Shown here one piece after another: positions 1-11,648 of a DNA stretch of 64,000 nt. A model generated the notes under the pieces. That model was not told where the DNA came from. It ran no database searches and worked only from the letters and a program-made list of their open reading frames with translations. The DNA comes from Macrostomum hystrix (lineage: Eukaryota > Animalia > Platyhelminthes): the NCBI GenBank assembly GCA_950097015.1, contig CATNEN010000032.1, forward strand, positions 1,984,001-2,048,000, written 5' to 3'. Made by a program: the position numbers and the translations under genes. The number at the start of each line of letters is the position of its first letter. Position 1 is the stretch's first letter.

Positions 1-216
1 TATGATCAATATATTCAATCAGCGAATATCTTCTGTGTAATTAGTTTTATTACCTGAGCGTGGCAAGCGAACACACTGTGGATTGTGACTGAAGCAAGAA
101 TTTATGTCCATTACTATACATGCCAGGAATACTTGAGTTTAAGACTCATGCTAAATGAGCTTGGAATTAATCAGATTTGCCTAGTTTAGTCAATCTGGCA
201 CTTTAAATTTGTCGAG

Positions 217-3200
217 TCAGTCAGCGTAGCAGTGCGGAAATATCGCCCGAAACTCGCTCATTGCGATGTCGCCGAATTTGTACAGCTTCTTGCATGGAGT
301 TCCGACGCTCTCGAATATGCCGCTGTACTTCTGACGGCAGCTCCTGCCGGTTGTTTAGGGTCAGGGGCGGAAATATGACTAAGGAGGGCGGAGAGAGAGA
401 CTATCGAGGAGTGAAAAGAGTGACTAATCAGTGCGGAAATGAGGCGCGGAGTGACTAAAGAGGAGTAAAAAGAGTGACTAAGGAGGGTTGATAAGAGTGA
501 GTAAGGAGGGGTGATAAGAGTGACTAAGGAGGGGTGATAATAGTGACTAAGGAGGGGTGATAAGAGTGACTAAGGAGGGGTGATAAGAGTGACTAGGGTG
601 ATAAGAGTGGACTAAGGGGGGTTTGATAATAGTGACTAAGGAGGGGTGATAAGAGTGACTAAGGAGGGGTGATAAGAGTGACTAGGAGGGGTGATAAGAG
701 TGACTAAGGAGGGGTGATAAGATTGACTAAGGAGGGGTGATAAGAGTGACTACGGAGGGGTGATAAGAGTGACTAAGGAGGGGTGATAAGAGTGACTAAA
801 GGAGGGGTGATAAGAGTGACTAAGGAGGGGTGATAAGAGTTGACTAAGGAGGGGTGATAAGAGTGACTAAGGAGGGGTGATAAGAGTGACTAAGGAGGGG
901 TGATAAGAGTGCTAAGGAGGGGTGATAAGAGTACTAAGAGGTGTAGATGACTAAGGAGGGGTGATAAGAGTGACTAAGGAGGGGTGATAATAGTTGAACT
1001 AAGGAGGGGTTGATAAGATGTGACTAAGGAGGGGTGATAAGAGTGACTAAGGAGGGGGTGATAATAGTGACTAAGGGAGGGGGTGATAAGAGTGACTAAG
1101 GAGGGGTGATAAGAGTGACTAAGGAGGGGTGATAAGAGTGACTAAGGAGGGGTGATAAGAGTGACTAAAGAGGGTGATAAGAGTGACTAAGGAGGGGTGA
1201 TAATAGTGACTAAGGAGGGGTGATAATAGTGACTAAGGAGGGGTGATAAGAGTGACTAAGGAGGGGTGATAAGAGTGACTAAGGAGGGGTGATAATAGTG
1301 ACTAAGGAGGGGTGATAAGAGTGACTAAGGAGGGGTGATAAGAGTGACTAAGGAGGGGTGATAAGAGTGACTAAAGAGGGTGATAAGAGTGACTAAGGAG
1401 GGGTGATAAGAGTGACTAAGGAGGGGTGATAAGAGTGACTAAAGAGGGTGATAATAGTGACTAAGGAGGGGTGATAATAGTGACTAAGGAGGGGTGATAA
1501 TAGTGACTAAGGAGGGGTGATAAGAGTGACTAAGGAGGGGTGATAAGAGTGACTAAGGAGGGGTGATAAGAGTGACTAAGGAGGGGTGATAAGAGTGACT
1601 AAGGAGGGGTGATAATAGTGACTAAGGAGGGGTGATAAGAGTGACTAAGGAGGGGTGATAAGAGTGACTAAGGAGGGGTGATAAGAGTGACTAAAGAGGG
1701 TGATAAGAGTGACTAAGGAGGGGTGATAAGAGTGACTAAGGAGGGGTGATAAGAGTGACTAAAGAGGGTGATAAGAGTGACTAAGGAGGGGTGATAATAG
1801 TGACTAAGGAGGGGTGATAATAGTGACTAAGGAGGGGTGATAATAGTGACTAAGGAGGGGTGATAAGAGTGACTAAGGAGGGGTGATAAGAGTGACTAAG
1901 GAGGGGTGATAAGAGTGACTAAGGAGGGGTGATAATAGTGACTAAGGAGGGGTGATAAGAGTGACTAAAGAGGGTGATAAGAGTGACTAAGGAGGGTGAT
2001 AAGAGTGACTAAGGAGGGGTGATAAGAGTGACTAAAGAGGGTGATAAGAGTGACTAAAGAGGGTGATAAGAGTGACTAAGGAGGGTGATAAGAGTGACTA
2101 AGGAGGGGTGATAAGAGTGACTAAGGAGGGGTGATAAGAGTGACTAAGGAGGGGTGATAAGAGTGACTAAGGAGGGGTGATAAGAGTGACAAAGGAGCTG
2201 CGGAAGGACTAAGGAGGTACAGAATGACCCCAATAATCACGCGGCTCATAGGGCGCAGTGGACAGACCTGATAGCCCTGGTGAGTGTGCTGAACTCTGCG
2301 CTGCTGTTGCCTTTAAACTTGCACCAGATTAGGGCCAGCATCTGGGTGTTCAGCACCAGGAAGTAGTTTGACGGCCGATCCAGCGGGCTGCGTCGCTGGT
2401 CGCAGAACACGGCAACTTGACTGAAGTCGGGTCCTGCCGAAAATCCCAACTCGGACTTAGACTCCTTCTCTAAGTTGCAGTGCAGGATGACACCAAGGAA
2501 GGTGTGGATTCGGCGACCGTGGCCCTCTGCAGCGGTGTTCAGTTTCCGTGAAATTCAGCTAGGTGTCTGGGGACAGTTCAGCTAGGTGTCTGGGGACAGT
2601 TCAGCTAGGTGTCTGGGGACAGTTCAGCTAGGTGTCTGGGGATAGTTCAGCTAGGTGTCTGGGGACAGTTCAGCTAGGTGTCTGGGGACAGTTCAGCTAG
2701 GTGTCTGGGGACAGTTCAGCTAGGTGTCTGGGGACAGTTCAGCTAGGTGTCTGGGGACAGTTCAGCTAGGTGTCTGGGGACAGTTCAGCTAGGTGTCTGG
2801 GGACAGTTCAGCTAGGTGTCTGGGGACAGTTCAGCTAGGTGTCTGGGGACAGTTCAGCTAGGTGTCTGGGGACAGTTCAGCTAGGTGTCTGGGGACAGAT
2901 CAGCTAGGTGTCTGGGGACAGATCAGCTAGGAGTCTAGGGACAGATCAGCTAGGAGTCTAGGGACAGATCAGCTAGGATTCTAGGGACAGATCAGCTAGG
3001 AGTCTAGGGACAGATCAGCTAGGTGTCTAGGGACAGATCAGCTAGGAGTCTAGGGACAGTTCAGCTAGGTGTCTAGGGACAGTTGGGTGAGGACTTCGAG
3101 GCTTCGTAGGATTTCAGTGAGAATCCCTGTCCAAACGCACCCAGCTTCAGTCGAATGACATCGGCAGCAAGAGCTGCCTTGTCCAGCATGAGCGGGTCAA

Positions 3201-3552
3201 CCGGGTTGCCCAGCTGCAGCAGTTGCTGCTGGTGAATTGGCGTGTAGGACGCGCCGGTAGCCACTACAAAGTTGTTGGCATGCCGCGGTCTTGGCAAAAG
3301 CGTGATTATCTGCTGAGGCGATCGGCTCCGGCTCCGGCTGGGACTCCGGCTTCGTTGCTGACGCTTCATCGAGTAGTCGATGGGTTCGCATGGCGCTGAT
3401 GTGTCTGTTGGCTGCACCAGATCTAGACTTTTGGCTGATCCAGACAGAGCCGGGCAAGGCTGCAGTGGTGGCGGCGGCGGCGGCTGCGCTTTTGAATGCA
3501 GACCGTCCTGATGTTCGCTTTGACAGCCTTTTAACAAAGACAGCTGCATCGC

Positions 3553-3588
<36 letters not shown>

Positions 3589-3618
3589 AGCGTGCTTTTG
3601 CAGCAGTGTTTTTGGCAT
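217..3618 (-). CDS. Unidentified ~287-aa putative nuclear protein with a polyQ/polyP/SR-rich N-terminus and a ~140-aa globular C-terminal domain (weakly BEN-like)
   Basis: Exons are 3618-3141 (donor G|GTGCGT), 2526-2268 (acceptor CTGCAG, donor AG|GTCTGT) and 343-217 (acceptor GGCAG, stop TGA). Both junctions keep frame (864 nt). The joined C-terminus reads DVIRLKLEGHGRRIHTFLGVILHCNL...RRSPLDRPSNYFLVLNTQMLALIWCKFKGNSSAEFSTLTRAIRSCRQKYSGIFESVGTPCKKLYKFGDIAMSEFRAIFPHCYAD*. A minus-strand AATAAA lies at 46-51. Each intron holds a 23-bp minisatellite. The ATG at 3618 follows AAAG|G, so an upstream exon is possible. Confidence 0.7.
470..2190. repeat. 23-bp minisatellite GTGACTAAGGAGGGGTGATAAGA (~75 copies), intronic
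   Basis: Period of 23 read directly (1321 to 1344). Degenerate units flank both ends, and 470-1100 has many 1-nt indels. Confidence 0.97.
2557..3075. repeat. 23-bp minisatellite TCAGCTAGGTGTCTGGGGACAGT (~22 copies), intronic
   Basis: Period of 23 (2701 to 2724). Variant units (GATCAG, CTAGGG) cluster at the right end. Confidence 0.97.
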
Positions 3619-4429
3619 CCTTTAATTTCGTGGTTTAGGAAATACGCTCGCAACTTCTCCAGCAAATGTGCCCCACAGAAGATGCCAATTTGGCTGTGGA
3701 GGTTTTGTGCAACTCTTATTGCCCCGCTGAGCTTTTGAAAAGAAGGCTTTGTGCTGCTGCGTGTCCGCAGACAGTATGCGTTCATCCACACCATCCACCT
3801 CCCTACCTGGCCTCGCTGGGTTAACTAACAGCGAAGAGAAGAGAGAGGGGTGGCAGAGAGATGAAGGAAGGAAAGAAGAAGTTTGGTGACCGGCGGGTTA
3901 CCGCCTGTCCACAAGTCTGGATGTTCTTTCTTCGTCAGAGAAGTTCGCTAACCAACAGTTGAATTATTCTTCGGCTGTGTGGCATAAACAATAGTCACAC
4001 CCAGCTCCATCGAGGCGGTTTAGACAGAAGCAGAAGAGCGAAAGGGCAAGACAGACGCCTTGATCTCTCTCTCTTTTATTTCTCTTTCCTATGTAACTTG
4101 CTACTCTACATTGTGCATGCATGAAAATTGTGTGCCTGCTAGTCAGTGTGCGACTGTGTGTGGGCGATGTACATTTCTTCCTTCATCAGCGGAACTGTTG
4201 CGAGAGCAGAATTTAAGCCTGTCTGTCTCCACATCAATTCAGAAAGCGAAGGAAAGGTGAAATGCTCGTCTAAACGAAAAGTTACGTCAAAACTCTGGTA
4301 ATAATCGTCTGATTAGAGGGGCCATAGAATGCTTGCTCACTTGTATTGGAGTTTCATAATCTAATAGCGGAAATTCTATCCAAGCCTAGCTGTGTTCCGT
4401 AGGTATCATTGCAGATCTAGAGGTGTCTA

Positions 4430-4590
4430 TAGAGATCTAGAGGTATCCAGTGGAGATCTAGAGGTGTCAGTAGTGATGTTGAGAAGTCTGGAGATCTAGA
4501 TGTGCCAGAGGAGATCCAGAGGTGTCAATAGTGATGTTGAGAAGTCTGGAGATCTAGATGTGCCAGAGGAGATCCAGAGGTATCAATAGA
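4430..4590. repeat. Short degenerate tandem repeat (~57-bp unit built on a GAGATCTAGA core)
   Basis: AGTGATGTTGAGAAGTCTGGAGATCTAGATGTGCCAGAGGAGATCCAGAGGT occurs twice, about 57 bp apart. Confidence 0.8.
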
Positions 4591-5254
4591 TTTCTTTCTA
4601 AGTCAATCATTATAAAATTGTTCGCACTGCAGCCTACTCATAGTAGCAAAAACTGGACTAAGATGAAAGACTGCGCAAATTATTTGACTGTGAAAGCGCT
4701 GACGAAAATAAACGAGGATACTGCAGGGACTGCCGACTACAAATGGGATTCGAGGAGAAAGCGAGTGAGAACGGGGCCCGGGGATCGAATTGAGCACTCG
4801 TTGCTTTCCTCATTTTTGCCGCCCCAGCAGCTGGCGAGTGATTTACGATTGCTCCCCGGGGTTTCAGTGATTTATCTGTGTCCCAGCTCGCTGGGTCTGT
4901 GGCTGATACTGGCGCGGATTGAGCATGTGTTCTCTTGTCCTGTTGGCCGGTGAGTCAGGGACTCCCCCGGGAGAGGCGGGGTGACACTCGCTTTCCAAGA
5001 ATATAGTTAGTATCTCCCAAGTAGTCATTATTTCCTTTCTACAAGCTAATTATATTTTTTTCCGATCTAAACAAAACAGACTTTCGCATCTTAGCCTTAA
5101 GGAAATTTATTGGGTGGTCGCGTGGTGGAAGATTAAAAAAATTGCGGGACACCTTGTTGCCAAGGTTAGGTTTATGAATTCCGCAAGCAGAACGATATAA
5201 AAGACAGCTAATGTTTATAGATTAAATATGTTAGGCCTTCAGGAACCATAATTT

Positions 5255-5470
5255 ACCCTTAGTGAAGTCCTGGGAGCTTCAGGGAGGGTAGTGTGACTTC
5301 AGCGAAGGCCTAGGAGCTTCAGGGTGGGTAGTGTGACTTCAGTGAAGGCCTAGGAGCGTCAGGGAGGGTAGTGTGACTTCAGTGAAGTCCTGGAAGCTTC
5401 AGGGAGAGTAGTGTGACTTCAGCGAAGGCCTAGGAGCTTCATGGAGGGTAGTGTGACTTCAGTGAAGTCC
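5255..5470. repeat. 40-bp minisatellite (~5 copies)
   Basis: GTGTGACTTC recurs at 5291, 5331, 5371, 5411 and 5451. Confidence 0.93.
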
Positions 5471-6646
5471 AAGGGAGCCTTGGAGGTGTGGACCACCAGA
5501 GAACTCGGATGGGTCTAGGTGAAGTCGGCTTGACCTCCGGGTAAGACAGGTGTGACATTCGGAATGGAAGTTGGGCTTCATAAAATGCAATCCGGGCTTC
5601 ATGTCAGACAAAATTTTGCAAGTCTCCATCCCGCCTGACTCCTTCATTCTTGCTCAGCTCTTGTCTCCCTCTCAGCCATGCATTTCGTGCCTTCACTCCA
5701 CGGGTGCTCGCGCCTGAACGAAGGGCTTCGGCGGCTCTGGGGGGGGGGCTGGGATCGAGCACTCGGCTTATCTTCTCCCCATCCTCTTCTTCTTCTTCTC
5801 TGCTTTCAAACTCGAATCTCGAGCTCGCGTCGTGGTCAGCGCTCCGAATGTGGGGGTGGAGCCTGCGCCGGATAAGATAGTATTGCCGCGGATGGATGCG
5901 CTGGAGCCGGACTAAGGAAAGCTGAGCCGCATCCCCCGATGATTGACTACCTGTCACATGTGACACTAATCCGGAGCAAAACAGGTCCCCCTGCCCTGCT
6001 CTCGGCGGAGAGAGTGAGAGTGGTACTGGGGAGATTGGCGGCCGGGGGATCTGATTAATGGCAGAGATTCCCTCAGCCTAATCTCTGCCTCATTTGCTCC
6101 AGTGAAGGAAAGTGGCTGACTTCAAATTCGCATGCAGTGCTAGTCAGGCGGCTACTCAGGCCAGATCAATAGGAGCGTCAGGAGCATCGCGTGCCCCGAC
6201 TTTTCGCTCCTTACTCCCACAGACATTCGGCTCCGCATTGCATTTGGCCGAGTCTGCTTTTCTAGTAGAAAAATTTGGAAAACAAGCGCTGCTCCGATGG
6301 GGCTTAATTGGCCAATTAATTCTGCGAAGCTCGGATTTGGCGCAAAGCCTGATTCATACGAAATGGCGCCTAATTTGCAGATGAAGAAGAGGCAGATAAT
6401 TCTTCTGTTGCATGGCGAATCGCGGAGTAGATGAGATAAGCAAAAGTTTTATATTGCCCTAAAATTGACACTTTCTTGGAGTGCTTAATCTTTCGAAATT
6501 TAACAATTAATGTACCTGTACGATTCCGACTCCGGCACAAAGGTCCATGAGCTCGAATCCGCAGCGAGGCAACATTTTCTATTGGCTTGTCGTGCAATTA
6601 ACGACAATTTATGACTCAAGGCAACCCTCTGGGCCTATAAGCGTTT

Positions 6647-7082
6647 GTTTCCTAGAAACATTGGTTTCCTAGAAACATTGGTTTCCTAGAAACATTGGTT
6701 TCCTAGAAACATTGGTTTCCTAGAAACATTGGTTTCCTAGAAACATTGGTTTCCTAGAAACATTGGTTTCCTAGAAACATTGGTTTCCTAGAAACATTGG
6801 TTTCCTAGAAACATTGGTTTCCTAGAAACATTGGTTTCCTAGAAACATTGGTTTCCTAGAAACATTGGTTTCCTAGAAACATTGGTTTCCTAGAAACATT
6901 GGTTTCCTAGAAACATTGGTTTCCTAAAACATTGGTTTCCTAGAAACATTTGGTTTCCTAGAAACATTGGTTCCTAGAAACATTGGTTTCCTAGAAACAT
7001 TGGTTTCCTAGAAACATTGGTTTCCTAGAAACATTGGTTTCCTAGAAACATTGGTTTCCTAGAAACATTGGTTTCCTAGAAA
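6647..7082. repeat. 17-bp minisatellite TTGGTTTCCTAGAAACA (~25 copies)
   Basis: Period of 17 (6661 to 6678). Each unit holds the dyad GTTTC-CTA-GAAAC. Confidence 0.97.
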
Positions 7083-7249
7083 CTTTAGGTCTGGGCTTAG
7101 GTTCATTAGGTTTGATAAAAGTAGGTTATCTAAGAACCTTTGTTTTCTCGAAAAAAATATTGCTTCTTGGAAAATTAGTTTTTTAGAGAGTTTTCCTTCC
7201 TTGGAAAATTTTATTTCTTATAAAAAAGTTTTTTTATTACTTTTGTCTC

Positions 7250-7365
7250 TTGGAAACTTTGGTTTCTTGGAAACTTTTGTTTCTTGGAAACTTTGGTTTC
7301 TTGGAAACTTTGGTTTCTTGGAAACTTTGGTTCCTTGCAAACTTTGGTTTCCTAGAAAATTTTGC
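7250..7365. repeat. 17-bp minisatellite TTGGTTTCTTGGAAACT (~6 copies), related to the 6647-7082 array
   Basis: Period of 17 (7264 to 7281). Dyad is GTTTC-TTG-GAAAC. Confidence 0.9.
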
Positions 7366-8024
7366 TTCCGAGGACTGAAGCAACTTTTAAGAAATTAAGA
7401 ACGCTACCATTATACTTTACAAAACACGCCGCTCGCTACTGTAGTTGCTAAGCGCCGTTGAACTGCCATAGCATTCCTTGATCGAAGCCAGACATCCCTG
7501 GCCAACAGTCTCACGCTCAGCCACCCATCTGGCGCTCATCTTGCGCCGTCCCGTCTGTTGCGACATTTTTTCGTTCTTCAGATTCACTTCTGGCAGTGCA
7601 GGCAGGCCTCAGTTGCTCGGGAACCCAGTTATCGGATGAATTTATTCAATAGACTGCGTTAGACTCACCTCTGAAAGCAGCAGATTTTCAACCAGCGGTA
7701 AACTGTTCATGAATCAAAGATCCAGGGTCTCACATCTCGAAAAAGCTTAGAATAAAAAATGGCGTTGAAATTTCGATTTTCTAACTCAGAAATGCAATGG
7801 GCTACAGTTTTTTTTGACAATCTCGGTGAAGAATTTCGAAAGCCAAACAGTTTTCCAGATTCTGGTTCACAGAGAGTGGCTCTCGAGGCATCCTGTTCAC
7901 AGGGAAATGAAAAGTGACGACGTACTGACACCATTTCGAAATTAAATTCTTATTAAAAAATGGGATATACTCTAGAACTGGGACCCTACCCACAATGGGG
8001 CATTGCCAAAAACGCGAACTTCAG

Positions 8025-8470
8025 AAATGGGATCTTCCCGAAATAATATTTTCCCGAAATCGGATTTTTCCTTGCTGATACAGTCCCGAAATGATTTTCT
8101 TCTGAAATGATTTTTCCCAAAATTAGATCTTCCCGGAATAACATTTTCCCGAAATGGGATCTTCCCGAAAAAATAATTTTCCGAAATGGAATCTTCCCGA
8201 AAAAAAACTTTCCGAAATGGAATCTTCCCGAAATAATAATTTTCCGAAATGGGATCTTCCCGAAAAAATAACTTTCCGAAATGGAATCTTCCCGAAATAA
8301 TAACTTTCCGAAATGGGATCTTCCCGAAAAAATAATTTTCAGAAATGAAATCTTCCCGAAATTAAAATTTTCCGAAATGGGATCTTCCCGAAAAAATAAT
8401 TTTCCGAAATGAAATCTTCCCGAAATTAAAATTTTCCGAAATGGGATCTTCCCGAAAAAATATTTTACCG
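8025..8470. repeat. ~32-bp degenerate minisatellite (ATCTTCCCGAAAAAATAATTTTCCGAAATGGG)
   Basis: ATCTTCCC recurs at 8222, 8254 and 8286. Confidence 0.9.
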
Positions 8471-9156
8471 AATCGCAGCCGAATAGAGTCTTTGCATTTT
8501 AATTTTTGTGAAAGATAGTTTTAGGTATTTGAACTATTGATTGGGTCCTTTTAACTAAATAATTAACTCAAACCAGCAAGCAAACCTGCATTCTATTCAC
8601 AAAACAGGCTTTTGTTTTTTCGCGCAAAGTTGCGAAAGTGTGGAAAACAGTCCATGAAAAATTTGGTCTTGGCATTGAAGGCGATGCAGTGCGGCTACTG
8701 GTACCCGACAGACAATGGGACTAGAAATTAGCAAAGCAAATCAAATTCCTAGCAAGCTCTCATAATGCACTGTTTAATTCTAGCGGGCTTTTAGCAGCCA
8801 AACTGCTCATCAGCTCAAATCTAGAGCACAATTTGAGTCTCTCTTCTCTCTCTCCATCCCATTATTCAGATTTTATCCAGAATTTTATTCACTTTTTCAC
8901 CCATGCGTCACAGGAAATTGCATTAGGAAAAGCTATTAACATGAGGTGTGGGGCAGAGCGCCAAGCTTATTCTGTTTGTTTCGACTCTTTCTATAGATAA
9001 AAAAGCTGGAGCTTGGGAATAAGACTGTTTAAAATCAATCAGAACACAACGGAGTCGCGTGAATTGCATTGGTTTAGTAAATCACTTGAAATGTCACAAT
9101 CTGATTCGCTCTCTTCTACGTTTCATTTTCTTTGCGGTTTAGTTTAGGCGTGGTGC

Positions 9157-9158
<2 letters not shown>

Positions 9159-9190
<32 letters not shown>
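9159..9190. repeat. (TG)n microsatellite
   Basis: Direct dinucleotide run. Confidence 0.95.
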
Positions 9191-9192
<2 letters not shown>

Positions 9193-9595
9193 CCACCTAG
9201 GTTTAGTTGCCAAGCTGCCTAACTCCCAATTTCCGGCTGATAAGCTTCTTGGCCGAAACATCCAAAGCCAACAACAATGAGGATCGGCGGCTGCGATTCC
9301 CCAACGCAGTAGCCACTTCACATGGTTTGGGGCCAAGCGGGCCTGAACACTTGACAATGGAGATATCTAGGGTCCAAATCAAGGGGATCATCTTTTAGAG
9401 TTGGTCTGCCAAGTGCCACGGTCGGTAGCAACATTTCTCAGTTCTGTAAACAGCGGCCGCGTGAACAAAAGGATGAGAGATTAGCTTGACAGGCCGTCAG
9501 TGATTTACAACTCGCAAACTGGGACATTGCGCGTGACTCAGCGAAACAAGAGGAATGAGGGAGAGGTCAATGAGATAACGAGAGTAAGATTGAAT

Positions 9596-11617
9596 GAGAG
9601 TGAGAGTGGGAGTGAGAGTGAGAGTGAGAGTGGGAGTGGGAGTGAGAGTGAGAGTGGGAGTGAGAGTGTGAGTGAGAGTGGGAGTGAGAGTGGGAGTGAG
9701 AGTGGGAGTGAGAGTGGGAGTGAGAGTGTGAGTGAGAGCGGGAGTGAGAGTGGGAGTGAGAGTGGGAGTGAGAGTGGGAGTGAGAGTGAAAGTGAGAGTG
9801 AGAGCGGGAGTGAGAGCGGGAGTGAGAGTGGGAGTGAGAGTGGGAGTGAGAGTGGGAGTGGGAGTGGGAGTGGGAGTGGGAGTGGGAGTGAGAGTGGGAG
9901 TGGGAGTGGGAGTGAGAGTGGGAGTGAGAGTGGGAGTGGGAGTCGGAGTGGGAGTGGGAGTGGGAGTGAGAGTGAGAGTGGGAGTGGGAGTCGGAGTGGG
10001 AGTGGGAGTGGGAGTGAGAGTGAGAGTGAGAGCGGGAGTGAGAGTGGGAGTGAGAGTGGGAGTGAGAGTGAGAGTGAGAGGAGGGTGGGAGTGGGAGTGA
10101 GAGTGAGAGTGAGAGTGAGAGGAGGGTGGGAGTGGGAGTGAGAGTGAGAGTGAGAGGAGGGTGGGAGTGGGAGTGAGAGTGAGAGTGAGAGTGAGAGGAG
10201 GGTGGGAGTGAGAGTGGGAGTGGGAGTGGGAGTGGGAGTGGGAGTGAGAGTGGGAGTGGGAGTGGGAGTGAGAGTGGGAGTGAGAGTGGGAGTGGGAGTC
10301 GGAGTGGGAGTGGGAGTGGGAGTGAGAGTGAGAGTGAGAGCGGGAGTGAGAGTGGGAGTGAGAGTGGGAGTGAGAGTGGGAGTGGGAGTGGGAGTGGGAG
10401 TGGGAGTGAGAGTGGGAGTGGGAGTGGGAGTGGGAGTGGGAGTGAGAGTGGGAGTGAGAGCGGGAGTGAGAGTCGGAGTGGGAGTGGGAGTGGGAGTGAG
10501 AGTGAGAGTGACAGTGAGAGTGGGAGTGAGAGTGGGAGTGGGAGTGGGAGTGAGAGTGAGAGTGGGAGTGGGAGTGGGAGTGGGAGTGGGAGTGAGAGTG
10601 AGAGTGAGAGTGAGAGGAGGGTGGGAGTGGGAGTGAGAGTGAGAGTGAGAGTGAGAGGAGGGTGGGAGTGGGAGTCGGAGTGGGAGTGGGAGTGGGAGTG
10701 AGAGTGAGAGTGGGAGTGGGAGTCGGAGTGGGAGTGGGAGTGGGAGTGAGAGTGAGAGTGAGAGCGGGAGTGAGAGTGGGAGTGAGGGTGGGAGTGAGAG
10801 TGGGAGTGGGAGTCGGAGTGGGAGTGGGAGTGGGAGTGAGAGTGAGAGTGGGAGTGGGAGTCGGAGTGGGAGTGGGAGTGGGAGTGAGAGTGAGAGTGAG
10901 AGCGGGAGTGAGAGTGGGAGTGAGAGTGGGAGTGAGAGTGAGAGTGAGAGGAGGGTGGGAGTGGGAGTGAGAGTGAGAGTGAGAGTGAGAGGAGGGTGGG
11001 AGTGGGAGTGAGAGTGAGAGTGAGAGGAGGGTGGGAGTGGGAGTGAGAGTGAGAGTGAGAGTGAGAGGAGGGTGGGAGTGAGAGTGGGAGTGGGAGTGGG
11101 AGTGGGAGTGGGAGTGAGAGTGGGAGTGGGAGTGGGAGTGAGAGTGGGAGTGAGAGTGGGAGTGGGAGTCGGAGTGGGAGTGGGAGTGGGAGTGAGAGTG
11201 AGAGTGAGAGCGGGAGTGAGAGTGGGAGTGAGAGTGGGAGTGAGAGTGGGAGTGAGAGTGGGAGTGGGAGTGGGAGTGGGAGTGGGAGTGAGAGTGGGAG
11301 TGGGAGTGGGAGTGAGAGTGGGAGTGAGAGTGGGAGTGGGAGTCGGAGTGGGAGTGGGAGTGGGAGTGAGAGTGAGAGTGAGAGCGGGAGTGAGAGTGGG
11401 AGTGAGAGTGGGAGTGAGAGTGGGAGTGGGAGTGGGAGTGGGAGTGGGAGTGAGAGTGGGAGTGGGAGTGGGAGTGGGAGTGGGAGTGAGAGTGGGAGTG
11501 AGAGTCGGAGTGGGAGTGGGAGTGGGAGTGAGAGTGAGAGTGACAGTGAGAGTGGGAGTGAGAGTGGGAGTGGGAGTGGGAGTGAGAGTGAGAGTGGGAG
11601 TGGGAGTGGGAGTGGGA

Positions 11618-11648
<31 letters not shown>

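Noticed and set aside
5604-5966. 120-aa minus ORF as a possible upstream exon of the orphan gene
   Set aside because: No convincing in-phase donor or domain. It may be UTR or regulatory sequence.
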